Part shown: positions 1 through 15,100 of the stretch, one piece after another
Layout of the letters: each line of letters begins with the position of its first letter
How positions within the stretch are numbered: position 1 is the stretch's first letter
Position numbers and translations under genes: made by a program
Source of the DNA: Ptychomitrium polyphyllum
Lineage: Eukaryota
DNA length: 64,000 nt
Reading direction: 5' to 3'
Assembly: GCA_973851085.1 (NCBI GenBank)
Contig: OZ316775.1
Span: forward strand, 16,492,001 to 16,556,000
The notes under the pieces: model-generated
Databases searched by the model: none
The model's input: only the letters and a program-made list of their open reading frames with translations
Told to the model about the DNA's origin: nothing

Positions 1-1834
1 TTGATAGAGACTATGGCCATGAAGTTAATTCGGAGTACTGACTAAGATTACCAACTTCTGGGTCCAGTCATCTGGGTCGTTTTATCAACATTTTGGTTCC
101 AATACGAAAGCAATTCTGTAACTGCAGTTCGATGCCAATTATCGTCGATATATAGTCAGCTGTTGTAGCTAAATTATTACCAAATTGGGTTACTGTCTTA
201 GCCCTCTAGCTTACTCTCTTCTGTCAGGTGCTTCATAATCTAAGCTTGAGTGTTCATGCGAAACAAGCTCAGTTTTTTCCGTGACCTCGGTATGTATGAG
301 TCTGTTCATATTCTCTGAAGCTCAGTTGAAAGTGGTACCTATCCTTTAATTCCGGATGCTACAAGTAGGAATGTTGGGAGTCCAGCTTCAACGTTACGAA
401 AGGGCATTGCTTTTCTGGGTGCTATCTAGGTGTGACGACATGGTATGGTCGTCACATGATGGCTTTGACAACTTCTGGAGAAATCAGTTTTTCTTTGCGA
501 CTTACACGGTAACCTGTTCAAGCTGACTTCGCCCAATGTTATGAACATACTGGAGTTAGCTCTTTTTTGTCCGTACAAATCCTGCAGATTTGCAGGCAAG
601 AAGGCAGAATTCTCCGTTTCGGCCATGGACCTCTTCTCATTACAAGGGAGCGTGCAATCTTTAATGAAAAAGTTGGTATTAAAGTTCACATTTTTGTATA
701 AAGGTAAAGCATAACCATTGTTGGAGTATAATTCTCCTGATTTTTCTATTCAGCCTGAGCAACGCGCATCTCGCTATTGGACTAAGTATGTTTTTGAATA
801 CTTGCAGGATTCATATCCCCGTCTATCCAATTCACTGAGGTTACAGGCTCTTCAGCCATGATATGGTGATCAGCCATTACCGAGTTTGTAGAAAGTCTGA
901 AGCGAAGTGTCTATATGTGATGACTATTTTCGTACTGTCACAGTTCGCTGTACTTAATGATTCAGATCCAGTTGTTGGGCTATGATAGGAGATTCAGCTT
1001 TTTCGAGAATTCTGTAACTTGTACACTATGAGTACCACATGTTACTAGCTGGCAAATTTTAAATGAAAATTGATGAAGACGAATCTTGTGGTGTTTATCT
1101 TTGGTAGCATAGTTTCGAGTTTTGAGGAACAAACGTTGTACCATAGCATTGCCGAACGTTCAATCACTGTTTCAACTTTCGATCACAAGTTTCTTATGTT
1201 ATAAATCTCTTAGTGTATATACACCATTATAGTAATGGAAAGAAAGGAGTGGTTAGGCGAAACACAACAATTTCAGCCTAAGAAAGTAGCAATGATTCAA
1301 CAAGCGAAGATATATCCACAGCACTGCAGAAAATAACAATGGCAATTGAAAATGAAAATATTCCTAAGCTGAACTAGGGCAATGTATGAGACTAGGTCAG
1401 AATAATAGTCCTCGCTTGCAGGGCAGCACAACTGCAAGTTATCGAATGACCAACTACCTACACTTCGGTTCTGCAGGCCTAACCTGGCCTATATGTAAGG
1501 ATTGCAGCCAACCTTCCAATACAATTTCCGAGAAAGCCAAAAAATGCCAATAACGCTCCCAAGAACCTGACGGGAACAAATCAAAGTTTCCCTCTGCATC
1601 TTCGTATCATGAAAGGCATTCAAAGAACTCTCGATCCATCATGAGGAGTCTTTCCCATGTATTTACCACCATCATGCTCCTACTGTACCCTGTAATCCTC
1701 CGCTCACTTCTTAGCCAATCCCAACACATTCTCCCGATTCAGTACTTGATGCTGCCCGCCAAGCGGAAAAAGACTGTACAAGTTCCAGCTGCACCACTTT
1801 CCCTAATTCATAATCCATAAACATCATGCTCCTT

Positions 1835-4800
1835 CTAGTCTATCTTCACCGATGAGTAGATCACCCGCACAAACCAGTAGCAGGCATAAAACCCTATAGT
1901 CCCTGTCAGCACGAAAAAGGCGTACGAAATAATCCCCATGTACCCAAAGTACATGATCCCCGACACTACCTTCGTGATCTCCAAATTCTTGAAAAAATAA
2001 AATCCAGCGTACAAAAACAAATAAACCGCGGATGACCCAGAAGTCAAATACGCCCTCCACCACCAGTTGTAGTCCTCGCTGCACAACTGGAAGTAGCATA
2101 GCACTATCGTGATCTCCGCACATGTCACCAGCAATATCAAAAACACCAGGAACAAGAACCCAAATATATAGTAGAACTGGTGCAGCCAGATCGACGTCAA
2201 GATGAAAAAGAGCTCTATGAATACGGCGCCGAATGGTAGCACTCCTCCAATCAGAATCGAAAACACGGGCTGCATGTACCACGGCTGCTCAGGAATCTGT
2301 CGTGGGATCTTGTTCGTCCTCACTGGATCCTCGATTGCTGCCTGCTTAAACCCGAAGTAGCTTCCAATAAAAACCAATGGTACCGAGATCCCGAACCACA
2401 AAAACATAAGCACGAACATCGTCCCGAACGGAACGGCTCCTGACGACTTCTCACCCCAGATCAGCGCATTCAAAATGAAGAAGATCACAAAGACCACTCC
2501 GGGGAAAGTGAATGCCGTCCTCAATGTATTCCTCTTCCAGTTTGTCCCCTTGAACATCTTGTACATCCGCGACGAAGCATACCCAGCGAACAACCCCATG
2601 AACACCCACAGAAGCAACATGGCCGTCATCAATCCTCCACGGTTGGCAGGGGACAAAAAGCCCAATAGTGCAAATATCATCGTCACCACTACCATCCCAA
2701 AGAACTGCACACCCGTGCCCACGTAAACACACAGAAGTCCCGATTTTGTAGGGGGCCTGAATACATCTCCATGAACTAGCTTCCATCCAGTCTCCTCTTG
2801 AGCTTCTTCCACGCTTTCCAGCTGGTTATATCTCGAAATATCTCTCAGGAGAGTGCGCATCATGATCATAGCAACCATGCCTGATAGGAATAGGACTATC
2901 ATGAGGGAGTTGATGATGGAAAACCAATGGATCTGGGCATCCAACATGAGTAGATATGTATCCCAGCGAGAGGCCCATTTAACGTCACTTCGCTGCAGAA
3001 GAAAGTAATGCTCAGTTAGAAGACAATTTTGAAATCACAAGTATGAAAGCCGATGCTAGCTCGTGCACGATAAACCAAGGAAATATCATACTGTAATATC
3101 AATTCCGTACCGTATATTGCACATCGTATGTGAAGACGACTTCTAACTTTTCTTCTATCTCTTGAGGCGGCATTTGTGTTGTAACGGACACATTCTGATG
3201 TGGGTTGCAGGTTGTCAACTTTGTGACTTGCTTTTCCCAGCGTTCATACCCGTGTTTCACACTGTAATTGATAACAAAACATAAAACTCAATACTCGAAA
3301 AGAAATTTACATGGTTAGCATGCACTAGAATCACACAACAATACTAATGCTGCTAGAGTGATACAGCGAAGAGTTTGTTGTCTGGCCAACCAGAACTCCA
3401 GAGACCCTCATTATTTTTCTCGCCACGTCGGATAGAAAATGCAAACATACTGAGGTCATAGTAAAGCCTACAGTAGACTCATGTATAAGTGCGTAGTACA
3501 CCTCTGCGTCAAAATGCGCTCCATATTAAAAGAAAAATAAACCTATGACTATATTCTACCATTGGTAACATTCACTCGAAAGATACCACATTACATCGAA
3601 AGATACCAAGTTTTAACAGGAAGGCAACAATCATCGACATGGAGAACTAGTTTTTTAAATATATGCAAATTAATCGAAATTTAAATCAACTACGTAGTAC
3701 ACCTTCTCATAAAAACGACAAATTCCACCCACCTGTATGGTTTCACCTCAAACCCAACAATGCGGGAGACGTCGGCTCCGATATCTTGATGGTATAACAC
3801 GACGAAGGCAAGATGGTTATATATGAAATACTTCAGTTCGCCACCCTGCAGAGGCGAGTTATGTACTTAGTCAAATATTCGTTCAGTATCGTGGTAAAGA
3901 TAAATAGCCCACAGGTGAGAACAGACGATCATCATAATAACAGAATACTAACCTTCTGATATGACCCCTTAAAACCGACAGGGAACCCAGGATCATAGGT
4001 CTGTCCGGTCGGACTTTGACTATGAGCCCTCTTCTCAGCTACTGGCAGATTGTCCAGAATCCTGAAAATTTGAATGTCAGAAACTTGCTGTCCATCCAAT
4101 ACTATTCAATCGTTTCTATGTTGACATCAACTACAAGATCCAAGAACTGTGATTAATCGAAGTCGACAGAGCACCTACATGTTCACGCGGTAGTCTTCAT
4201 CGATTTTTTCTTTGAAGTTCTTGATTGCTCCTTTTGACAACTTTTCTTTCCGACATAGAATTTTGCAAGTTTGACCATTTTTCATTTGGAGCTGCCGGTC
4301 ACACAACCACCAGCCTTAATGAATAAAACGTTACAGCTTCTGGGCATAGTATAGACAAACGAACAGCTCAGAACCTCGATAGTCCCGACTGCTCATTGAC
4401 CACTCTTAGCAATGAATATTGCGCAGACAAGCACCACCCGCAACAATCAAAAATACTATAAAGAGTTGCATGTATGGAGTCAAACCTCTAACTTTCAAGT
4501 TCAACCGAGGAATCTCTACAGAGTAATCTAATTAGTTCAAGACGGACAATTGAATGACCTCCTCTACAAAAACACCATGTTCACGGGCGATGACGAACGA
4601 TACAGAGCCTTACACTCAAGATATCTAGAAACATTGCCGAAAAGTATGTGCACCAAGAATCAGGCTCAGAGATTACGTACAACGTAAGGCGAGTTCTCAA
4701 TGCGGTCACCTCGAAGAACCTCTCCCAAATTCTCAGCGCTGTTCACAATCTCAGGGGGCGTGCAATAGTCAAGCGAGTAGTAATCATAAGGCAATTGAGT

Positions 4801-5457
4801 CTTGATGGACGACAACTTGTTAACTTTCACAATCACCTCCGCCAACTGCAAAGCCAGCAACATAACGGACACTTATAGAATTGTGGCAAGGTTGAAAAAT
4901 TTGAACAAAAAGCCAGCAATAACTGGGCACACAACAAGAGCCAATAAATGCTTCCTAAACCAAAGACTCTACACTCATAGCCTCTAAAATCGATGACAGT
5001 CACTAACTCAGACCACTCCTCCTCCAAAGCCCGCTTCCACACAGCATCTTTCCTGCGAAACAAACTCCTACTTCGAAATCTGCCTGCTAGGCATCAACGA
5101 ATTCTCTCCACCAGCATCCAGTCCCTTCCCACTGTCCAACTCACACCTCCCCTACAGCCCAGCCACACAACCAATCGGCAGCATAGAAACGGACATCCAG
5201 TTCCAGATGCACCATCCAATCCAGATCTAGCTCGATAGAGGACGCACAGAATCCCAAACCTCACTACACTCCAAAAACACTACTACGATCCAAATCGACA
5301 AGAAAAAAAGATAGGAGAGAAAACGCACGTCTTCGAAGTCGATAGGCGCGACGCCAGGCAGGTAGAACGCCGACGCTGGCGCGGGCGCCACAGCCCCCAA
5401 GAGCGCCAGAAGTATACGTAGTAGCAACACGGCCATGCCGCCCACCCGAAGCTCCAT
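1835..5457 (-). CDS. Transmembrane 9 superfamily (TMN/EMP70) protein, 7 exons
   Basis: Exons traced with GT-AG boundaries and consistent phase: 5457(or 5436)-5329, 4845-4681, 4291-4179, 4061-3953, 3845-3733, 3261-3111, 2992-1835. Signal peptide then [42 protein letters not shown], a nine-TM region and the C-terminal KID (KXD/E) motif. Confidence 0.96.
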
Positions 5458-5690
5458 TAGCCCCCGATCGATCCACCAATCGCCCCTCACTCCTGTCGCT
5501 TCGGTCCCCGAAACAAACCCTCGGGCAGCCAAAGCCGCAGCAGCAAACGCAAAAGCCCTCCCACGCCAGACAGCAACACTTTGCCCCCACGCACTGCAGC
5601 TCTCGCTCTTGAACGCATCGCCTTCCCCCTTCGCCCGGCCCGCGCTTTTGGTTTGGCCTTCAGGGTTTGGCCAATCTCTGAGGTTCCGAC

Positions 5691-5774
5691 GATCCTACGG
5701 TGCGAAGCTCGGATGATCTGACGGTTAGAAGGTGGGAATTGATCGGACGGTTCGTTGGTCCGACGATCCGACGG
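5691..5774. promoter_or_regulatory. Four regularly spaced GATCNNACGG motifs upstream of the TM9SF gene
   Basis: gatcctacgg 5691, gatctgacgg 5715, gatcggacgg 5741, gatccgacgg 5765 (spacing 24/26/24), each followed by T. Resembles MSA-type (AACGG-core) plant elements; function is inferred. Confidence 0.5.
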
Positions 5775-6716
5775 TCTGTGAGGCCTTCAGTCCTGATGGG
5801 AACTTCGGCTTCTGTTTGCAGGGCTAGTTTAGTTTTGGTTTGTGGTATGTTGTCCTTAAAGTACCAGCTCTCCCAGGTCAGCATTGGAGGCATGTTTTCT
5901 TTATATCTTAAAGTACTTTTTGTGTTTAAAAATTGTAGTGATTTCAATGTTTGGAATGGAATTGTTAAAAACTTTTCATTTGTTGTGAAATCTTTTTTCT
6001 TATTATGTATATGTGTTCTTTCAAAAATAATGCTCTTGAAAATAATTGTAATTTCTAGAATTAGTATTTTAAGAACAATATATTGTAGTTTAGTCTTAAA
6101 TACTATAATTGTTTCTTTAAATGTAAAAAATTGTTGAAATTTTATTCTAATGTTGTAAAAATGTAATGTACATTTGACAAAGTATGTATAAGGATGAAGT
6201 AAGAAGCATTCATTGCAAAGTGAATTATGGAATGTTTTAATAGAATATCAATGTTGTAGATAGTAATAAGATTTTTTTTAAATGAATGATAAAAAAATTA
6301 ATGGATAGTGTTGTTCAAAGAGGTATATGGAAGTTGAAGATTTTACTTCTAAGGGGGTTAATGGCCTTTTGAATTATTAAAAGGATTGTAGACATTAAAA
6401 TCCAATTATTGATAATATAAAACAGCATTTTCTTAGTACAAATTGCAGTGGGTTCATATAGAAGTGGAATTGTAATATTTGTATTGTTTTGAAGTGAATG
6501 AAAGCCTTCATGAAAGAAGGTCTTTATTTTAGCCACATTATCTTCTTGTTCAAAAATTTTCTTAAAAAATAAAATCAACATTGGAAATTTATAAACAAAA
6601 AAAGATAATAAAAAAGAAATTTACCGTGTTTTTAAGTTTGAACTATTTTGAGATGTTTTTGCATAAAAACTAAAGATCACTTCATTTCCAATAGGATAAA
6701 CCTTATGTTTCAAGTC

Positions 6717-6735
6717 TATATATATATATATATAT
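6717..6735. repeat. (TA)n microsatellite, about 9 units
   Basis: Uninterrupted TA run read directly. Confidence 0.9.
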
Positions 6736-8024
6736 GCTTGCATTGTAGTAACTCTAGTTATGTTTTGCTTGTATAACTATAGTAGATCATATTTTACTTG
6801 TTTAAGTCTAAATTTAATCAATATTTCATAAGTTTCTTAAACTTTAGAAAATGTAAATGAACTAATTGTAGTTCAAAGGAAAATACACCTTTTATTGTGA
6901 TAATACTCACATTTGTTTCCTACGTATGACATGGAGTAGTTTTTGAATTTGAAATATTGGTAATAAAACGGAACTACCGAAGAAACAGACTTTCACGAAG
7001 GAAAAAGTTAGCCTTAAAATATCTCTTTTTTCCTCAACTTTCCAAGAATAGCATCACAAATTCAGCCTTCGCTATGCCAGGGCTTTGTTCTCACCGATTT
7101 TGCGACCAGAGCCTGCACTAATTTATGGTGGTTCTGTTCCCAGCACGATTTGATAGTAATGCGGCATCGTGGGAGCCTGATATGCTGTTTTTTTGGTATC
7201 ATATAGTATTGTACCCCTTTCTACCGACTTTGGTTTGGTATGCTATTGTTATTTCAGGATTATATAACTTTATACTATTACATCAGGCTTGTTATGATTG
7301 CATTTAGAAAGTAGTGGTATTTTAATGATATCCTTGTGGGTGGTACGCATGACATGGGATAATGACTGAGAGTAGGTATGATGGTCGGCAAACGTGTCAT
7401 GTTTGTTTGTTTGTTCAAAGAAATAGGAGGAGGTGCAAAGGACTCATGACTTTTACACTAGAGGACATTTCACTGCCACTGCACTATGATCCATCATCCA
7501 TCCATGAGGTCTGTCTTCAGAGTTTGAAGGATTATATGTGACCCCTCTCAGGCAGTCCACAAGTCCCATCAGCTGAGTGGAATGGAAGGGCTGAATCCTC
7601 AACTTACTGTTCCTAACTTTCTAAGAGTGGGTTACTAATTCATTCAACCTTTAGGAAAAGATTTGCTCTGGAACTGATAATGATGATAAGTATTATGGTA
7701 AGGATGTTCCATAATCTTGCATAATTGAGACTGCAGTTAACAGGAACTTCTGCTAAATTGCAATATTATATTTCATTCAATGCCAGGAGGTTATCTACTA
7801 ACATAGAAATACTACCGGGATCGATGATTTAGTGTAAGTAGTATTTTTGAAAACTTATTTTCAGAAAAAATAATTTGCAAAGGATAACGTTCGAATTTTA
7901 GATACCTGTGTTATTGAAAAACATCAAAATATTTGTCCAACCTACTACTATGTGACTACCATATCGTTGAGCACTTTATGACAAGTAATAATAATATTAA
8001 GTTTCTGCTTAACAATTTTGTAAA

Positions 8025-8095
8025 CTCACCATTTTTCTAAACCAAAATCTCACCACTTTTCTAAACCAAAATCTCACCACTTTTCTAAACCAAAA
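8025..8095. repeat. Tandem repeat, 24-bp unit x ~3
   Basis: Unit ctcaccacttttctaaaccaaaat at 8025 (one mismatch), 8049 and 8073. Confidence 0.9.
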
Positions 8096-9160
8096 CCAAA
8101 GTTTCATCCCCTTCATTGGCACACATATTTCAACACATGCATCTTGGGGTCAAGAAGATGAGTTTTTACAAATAACCCTACTAACTATTAAACTCTCTTC
8201 ATGAATGTGTAGAGACGTTGAGACCGACCTTCATTCTGATATGTATTAACTCACAAGAGATGTTCATGATCGAACCAGTCTCATCATAACCACTTAGAAG
8301 GTCCATTCCCCCTTGCAAGCATCTGGAAATTTTCTTACTATGATATTTAAATAGTTCCACCCTTGTCAAAACCGTTATGCTCCACAGCCTGGATCTTATA
8401 GTCTATCTTCACTGTACTAAACCAATATCTCAAGGCATAAATGATGCTCTTGATAATTTAGCTACTAAAGATAAGACAAACAGCCATTTCCTGATACTTC
8501 AGCTCTGTTGAATTTAAGCCCTCCAAGTTTGAAATGCATGAGTTGAAGAATTACACGGTAACCAAATACTGAATTGGAACTTCGTTGGAGGGCCATTTCA
8601 GCAACCCAAAAGCCTTCCACTTACTGTACGTTGCCATTTCCACTGGAAAAGTACTCACATCCAAATTAGGAAGAGATAAAATTTAATACCCTCCATCAAG
8701 ACAGTCTTCACCACATTAACTCCTGCTTGATTGTACATCTTAAGATCAATCCCTATAGCAGTGTACCAAGGACGTTCATTGCCACTTCATCTTCATATGT
8801 TCCACAAATTCGCCATCATCTAGGAGAACAAATAAACACTGGCTCAAGTCTAGATACTGAAAGATCAATACTAGGCACATTGCTTACTAATATCAACTTA
8901 AAACAGAAAGCTCTGTACCGTAAAAACCAAACTATTGCAAGAATAACACAGGAACTGAAGCCTTACAAACATACAAACTCTTAAAATCTCATCAACTTGC
9001 AAATGTAACACAAATATTTTAGCAGGATATTTAGTATATCTATGAGCACCTACCTTATACCTGTTTAGTGAGCTTTGCAGGATTCTCTCAAACAGACGCT
9101 CTCCGCTCTCTTGCTCAGTGCTGAAGCAAAAGTCCGACATTCTTACAGCTTATACTCTCT

Positions 9161-12100
9161 TCATTTTAGTGGAAGAGCTGAGAAGGCTCGAAGTCTTTGC
9201 TGCACAGGAGCGTCTCCATACAGAGTTGTGCGTTGATGAGGTTTCTTCCCAGTAGACACAATCAGCCTTTCCATCTCCTTCGGAAGAAGCTCTTCACCTG
9301 CAAGAGAATCTTATCAGTGTTTCCCAAGATGCTTCTGACTTCAAAAGACTTGGGGCATCTGGAGTATCATCCTCTAACGTCTTTTACATTCTCACAAATA
9401 ACTCAAACCAAAGGACAGAAGATCAGTATCCCGGTTTCAAACATCTGACCTCCCGGTGGTCAGATCATTGAGTAACCTTCAATTAACAGATCAATAAATA
9501 AAAGTTTCCGAGCTGACAACAAACAGCTCTTGTCTTCTATACTAGGTGAGAGACGTGAATTTATGGCTTAGTAATTGAAGGGCAGTACTTGCCGCTAGCC
9601 CATAATAGGTCATTTAAGATACTCCACTGCAAATCAGCCAAACAAAGAACGAACATGAAGATCTTCTAGTTACCATGTGATGCACCAGCAGCTCTAGTGA
9701 TACTCTCGTTCATAAGGGAGCCCCCCATGTCATTGCAGCCTGCCGCTAGAAGGGCTTGAGCTCCACCTGGTCCCATCTTGACCCAAGAAGCCTACACAAA
9801 TCAAGCAGAAAGACCTATGTGAGAAATTATAGAAGCAGCAACAATTTCTCCAAAACAAAATTCCTCCAGAACAAGACAAATAATCAAAATGAATGCATGA
9901 GGTCTTGGTGGATAATCCAACACGCACAAATTGTTTGAAAGTGAATAGAAACAAACATTGCCGGTCAAGGTAAAAATTGAAAAAAGCACACAGATAGAAC
10001 TGAAGAACCGGATATGTAAGACTCAAAACTAGTGCTCACGGCCGTCTCTAGTGCAGATATTGTGAGTTGTAAAAGAAAAGTAGCACCTGAATATTGGTAA
10101 TGAAAGGATGCAAGACCAGTCGAGCTATGGAGTGCATCAGTACACACTCTCGACTTGTTGGCCCCTTTCGAGCGCGACCTTTTAAGTAAACTGGTGCCTG
10201 AGAAGCAAATTACATAAATCGATCCTATTACTTCAAGAGAGATGTCTAAATTCTTTCAAAATCTTCATCAATCAAAGGAAAACTGCTAGGCACATGTTGT
10301 TCAAGTTTTTCAATCTCGGGAAGTAGAAAACATGCATACCTGCATGTGCACAAAGGGAAGGGGCACAAACTCAGAGAAACCACCTGTCTTCCTTGCTAGA
10401 TTCCTTAAACGAAGCAAATGTCTTGCCCTGAACCATAACAATCCTTCAGAAATCACCGAAACATTTATACAAACAGTCATGACCATAATACAAAAACCAA
10501 ACATACAAGATTCGTAGGCAAAGTCCACAAACATACCAGTGGTAAGGCCGATCAAGATGACCGAACATTATGGTTGAAGTAGTACGGAGTCCTATCATAT
10601 GTGCCGTTTCCATAATCTGAAAGTTTCAGAGCAATGACTATGAGGTGGAAATTGACAACAGTAATTTGAAACGAAAAAATTGACGTCCAGGTACGCTAGA
10701 TGATCGTGCTCTCTCTTATGAAAATTATTCCCCAACGCACAAAGAATTCACACCAGAGCACGAAGTTTAGGGAGATTAAAGTGCACCTCTAGCCATTGAG
10801 TTGTATTGATTTTGTCAGGACATAGTAGACTTCGAACCTCATCATCCAGTACCTGTGAAACGTAGGTCAAGAACATGCTGATACTTCTAGCAAAACCTTG
10901 AGACCCAGAAAAATTCCCTAGTAAGTTCCCAGGAATTACAAAAAAAGACCGTGTAGAACATTTGACAAACCAGTGACCATCTCTATAGCTGAAAAGCCAA
11001 CAACTAATACTTCTTGAAGACCTTTCCTACTATTTTCTAAAATAGACCGAAACTGGTAAGGCTCAGAGAATAACTGAGGAAAGTATTGAGACTCAACGAT
11101 GTCTTGCAGGATTTATTGTTCTCACCTCAGCCGCAGTGCCAGGCAGTGAACCGAGGCCAGCATTTTTCAACTCCACTAGAAACTCTTCAATACTGCACGC
11201 AGACAGAAACCCAGATCAAAGAGCAGAACGATGAGGATACAGAGGTCGATCATCAATAACACTGAGGTTCTAGTCTTCTTCCTGCTTTAAACAACGCATA
11301 AAAGGCTTAAACTCCATTGATAATAAAAGTCAATCAATCAAAACAACAATAAGGATATCAAATTCATAACCTCACCCTATTTCAAAAAATTACAAAACCA
11401 CAAAATAAGCGCACGAAATACCTAATACCAAGAGTAAAGGCTCCTTGAAAAACTTCGAGGGGAGAAAAGGCATGAACATGAAGCTCTGGAACGGCCTTCT
11501 TTACCGCTTTCAATATTTCCAAGTAAGTTTCCCCAGTGAATTCAGGATGTATTCCTCCCTGTAATTGCAATCAACACGATCTTGTGAAAATCACTACTAC
11601 AATGAGTCTACTGAAGAACATCCAACACACAGAACTTCCCCACAACACATGCAATTTGAACAGTATACTCTTATAGAGTATGTTCCTATTGATAACGGAA
11701 CAAAAAAAAAGAATACGCCTAGTACATACCTGCATACAAACTTCAGTGGCGCCTCTCTCCCAGGCCTCTATTGCTCTGCGGGATATTTCCTCCAAAGATA
11801 ATCTGCTCAAAACACAGGCATACTTAATGATACTGTAATTCGGTCATAGAAGGAGTTTTACTATGCAATGACTTGGAAGAGACTTTACATGGCTAATGCA
11901 GATAACATTACCAGCTGCCACACATGTACTTCTAAATTGAATCCTTGCAAACTACAGAAAATTCAGTAGATATTTACATGATTTATTACTAGCATTAACA
12001 TCACTTGATATAGTTTCAAGTGACTTAAACCCAAATTGGCAAATTGGTCTCTAAAATCTGATATATAATGGCTAAGATTGAAGTACCTATAAGGCTTTCC

Positions 12101-15100
12101 ACGCAGGTCTTCACTAAGCTTCCCTTTACTGGAACAATGACACAAACAACATTAACAACTAAGATTTCGAAATTTAAGCGTAAGTGAAAGAAAACTACGT
12201 GTCTCAAAAAAAAAAATCGTCAGTGAGTAATGAAGAAAACGTGCAACAATGATTATTTAGAGATATGTAGGCCATAAACAAAGAACTACATACAAGTACA
12301 AATATTAAGAACTGATAAATAAAGGGCAGCCCACAGTATGTCTTGTACCTGAAGGCACAAAATTGGCACTTGTATCCACAAACATTTGTGTAATTGATGT
12401 TACGGTTTATGACATATGAAACCTGCAACAAGGATGCCATAATTTAATAATCAAGAGTCAGAAGTCCTAAGGAAATAAGCAAAGCATCACACCGAAATCG
12501 AAATCGTAGAAACTGAATCTTGCTCAAATACTTAGGAAGGATTGACCTTATCTCCATTGACTCTCGCACGCAACTCATCTGCTGCTTTGACAATTTCAAG
12601 GAATTCAGGGCCAACAGCACGAAACAATCTCGTGACTTCCACCTAAGAAAAACATACATTCAGCACCCAGTTTTTTCTCCATCACCTTTGAATACACAAA
12701 TGTAGAAAGCATGTTATCTAACCCAAATAAATGCCATCAGCAATCCAATCCAACAACAATATCAACAAGTGGTGCAAAGATAGATCACCGTCCTTCTGAG
12801 TAGATGTGTACCTCGGATGGCTCTTCAGCTTCTTCTATCCTCTTCAAAATTCTTCTTACATCCATTCCAAATGCCCCTTGAATTCCAACAAATATCTCCT
12901 CAGTTAGATTCAATTTCACAACAATGAAAACTATATTCTAATCAACTCAATCTCATTGTCATATTCCGGACAGTACACATCCATCAGCAATATACTTGCT
13001 AGAACCAATGATTACCTATGTCTAATGACCTTGGAGGGCGAATTGTGCCATCGGTCCCTACGGAGATCTTTGCAGCATCCATCATCCTTTCAGAGTGGTT
13101 GCCAACGCTGCTCCCAGTTAAGTTGGATAAACTACAGTCTAAAAAGGAGAAATTTGCGTCTTTGGCAAGACCTGGGGACCATCCCTCAGCTCTGGCATAC
13201 CCAAGACTATTCTCATGTACACGGACATTCTTTAGAACTTCAGGATCCTGCAACAAGATTCACAATAATCTTTTTCTTAGCTTCATGTATACATCCCTCT
13301 TACGAGCTCGATACAAGGTATCCAAACAAATTAGCAACAACGTGCGGTGAGTAAGATCACGTTGTTTGCTAACAATAACCAGCGACTGCGGTTAAATACA
13401 AATATAGTTCATGAATAAGAATATCCGTTCTAAGACAACGAAACATTGCCACAAAAACCGATCAGCATTCACTAACCTGCCATAGTTCATTGACGTAAAA
13501 AGGGTAGACAGCCAGCCTTGGCACCATCAGCTTTCCTGCTTCTGCTGTTGCAGCTGCTAATAGATCTACATGCGGCCAGGGAGCCTGCAATAAATATGAT
13601 GTGGTACAAGCATATCAATATTTACAAAAAGACGAGCAGTAATTGTCTGGCATTCAATTGACTTGTTTCGTGCACCACTCTCGGCACTTTCAGCACCTAG
13701 TATACAACCTTGTCAAAACGCATTCTGTTTGCTGGAACTTTGTTAAGGTTTAAAAAAGGACCTCGGGATTAACCCAATCTTTTGTAACTGGTGAAACGCC
13801 ACCCCAATCATTAATTCCTGCGTCAATAAGCTTTTTCCAACCTTTTCCATCCGTCCTGCAGTGCAGAAATTTTGCAATAAGACTCCAATGCACTGACAAT
13901 AAAAAGCAAACCCAAATGAAGACTCAAAACGTGCAAAAGTATTTTTCTGAAGTATAATTAATCTCATGGAAGACGGAAGCTCAAGAAATAAGAAGAAAAC
14001 AAAGCAAATAGTTTAGGAAAACACTCCTAAAACTTTAACCGGACTACTTGGACAGAGAATCCCTCCTAAAAGTATTCTCGATCTTCCAGTCATGTACGGT
14101 CATTACCAGCATATCGATCCAATTTTATGCAAGGTCAGGAATGGTACATGGTGGGAGTAAGATTAGGTGGTGCTTGTATGCTCATCGATGCCCCAAACAC
14201 CAACCGAGCCATTGCAATTGTCCACTCCAGCTCTGTCAGCGGAGGCTCGGCCGCTTTCGCCATTGCAGTGCCCTCCTTTGCACGAAAATTTTGGATGATG
14301 ATCTCCTGGATATGTCCATACTGCTTATGTAGATCGCGGAGAGCAAGCAGAGCTTGCAACCGCTCTTCTCGCGTTTCACCAATACCTATAAGTATGCCAG
14401 ACGTGAAAGGCACCTTCTTCTCGCCTGAAACATGAATTAGATCATGACTGTAAGACACACTTGACCTCTGCTACAACCATCAAGTTCCTCATATCAATCG
14501 GCCTGGCTAGAGAAAATTTGGGAGATTAACTTCTTAAACCCTAAACCTTGAACCTCATCACTCCCTAACTGTGAGCATGAAATGCAAAAACGTTGTATAT
14601 GCTACTTCAGTCATTTGCTACTTACACTGTCGAACAAAGTGTATTCACTCACCAGCTGCAGCAATTGAAAGGAGTCGTGCGGATGGAATCTTGTCAGGAC
14701 ATTTGTAATGTGGACCTCCTGGTTCTAACAGCTTTTCAGAGACCGACTCCAGCATCAGTCCCTGACTGACTGAGACACGACGTAGGAGTGTCACGTCGTC
14801 CCTCGACATAACCCCAACATTCATGTGAGGCAGTAAACCCGTCTCGTGAAGAACAATTCTGGCTACCTCAGCTGCATAAGATAATGTCGATGCATGACCG
14901 AGAGATTCAAGCTGTCACACAGATGTAGTCAAGGAGAGGATTCAGTTTCAGTACCAGCACGGAATGTGACTGTATGACCTAGATAGCATCATCAAGGATG
15001 CAAAGACATCAATTGTGGATCTGTGAGTTAATATCGAGATTGAGGAGGCATCCACAATGATGCATTATCCGGAGTTGCTTATAACCCTCGACATCATGAA

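Noticed and set aside
1..1000. Possible terminal exons or 3' UTR of a plus-strand gene (acceptor-like sites near 228 and 808)
   Set aside because: Only short readings ending in stops and no recognisable protein motif; cannot be assigned.
8400..8600. Faint Copia reverse-transcriptase-like traces (YVDDLLI-like and SKFEM)
   Set aside because: Needs several substitutions and an indel to fit; too weak without an alignment.
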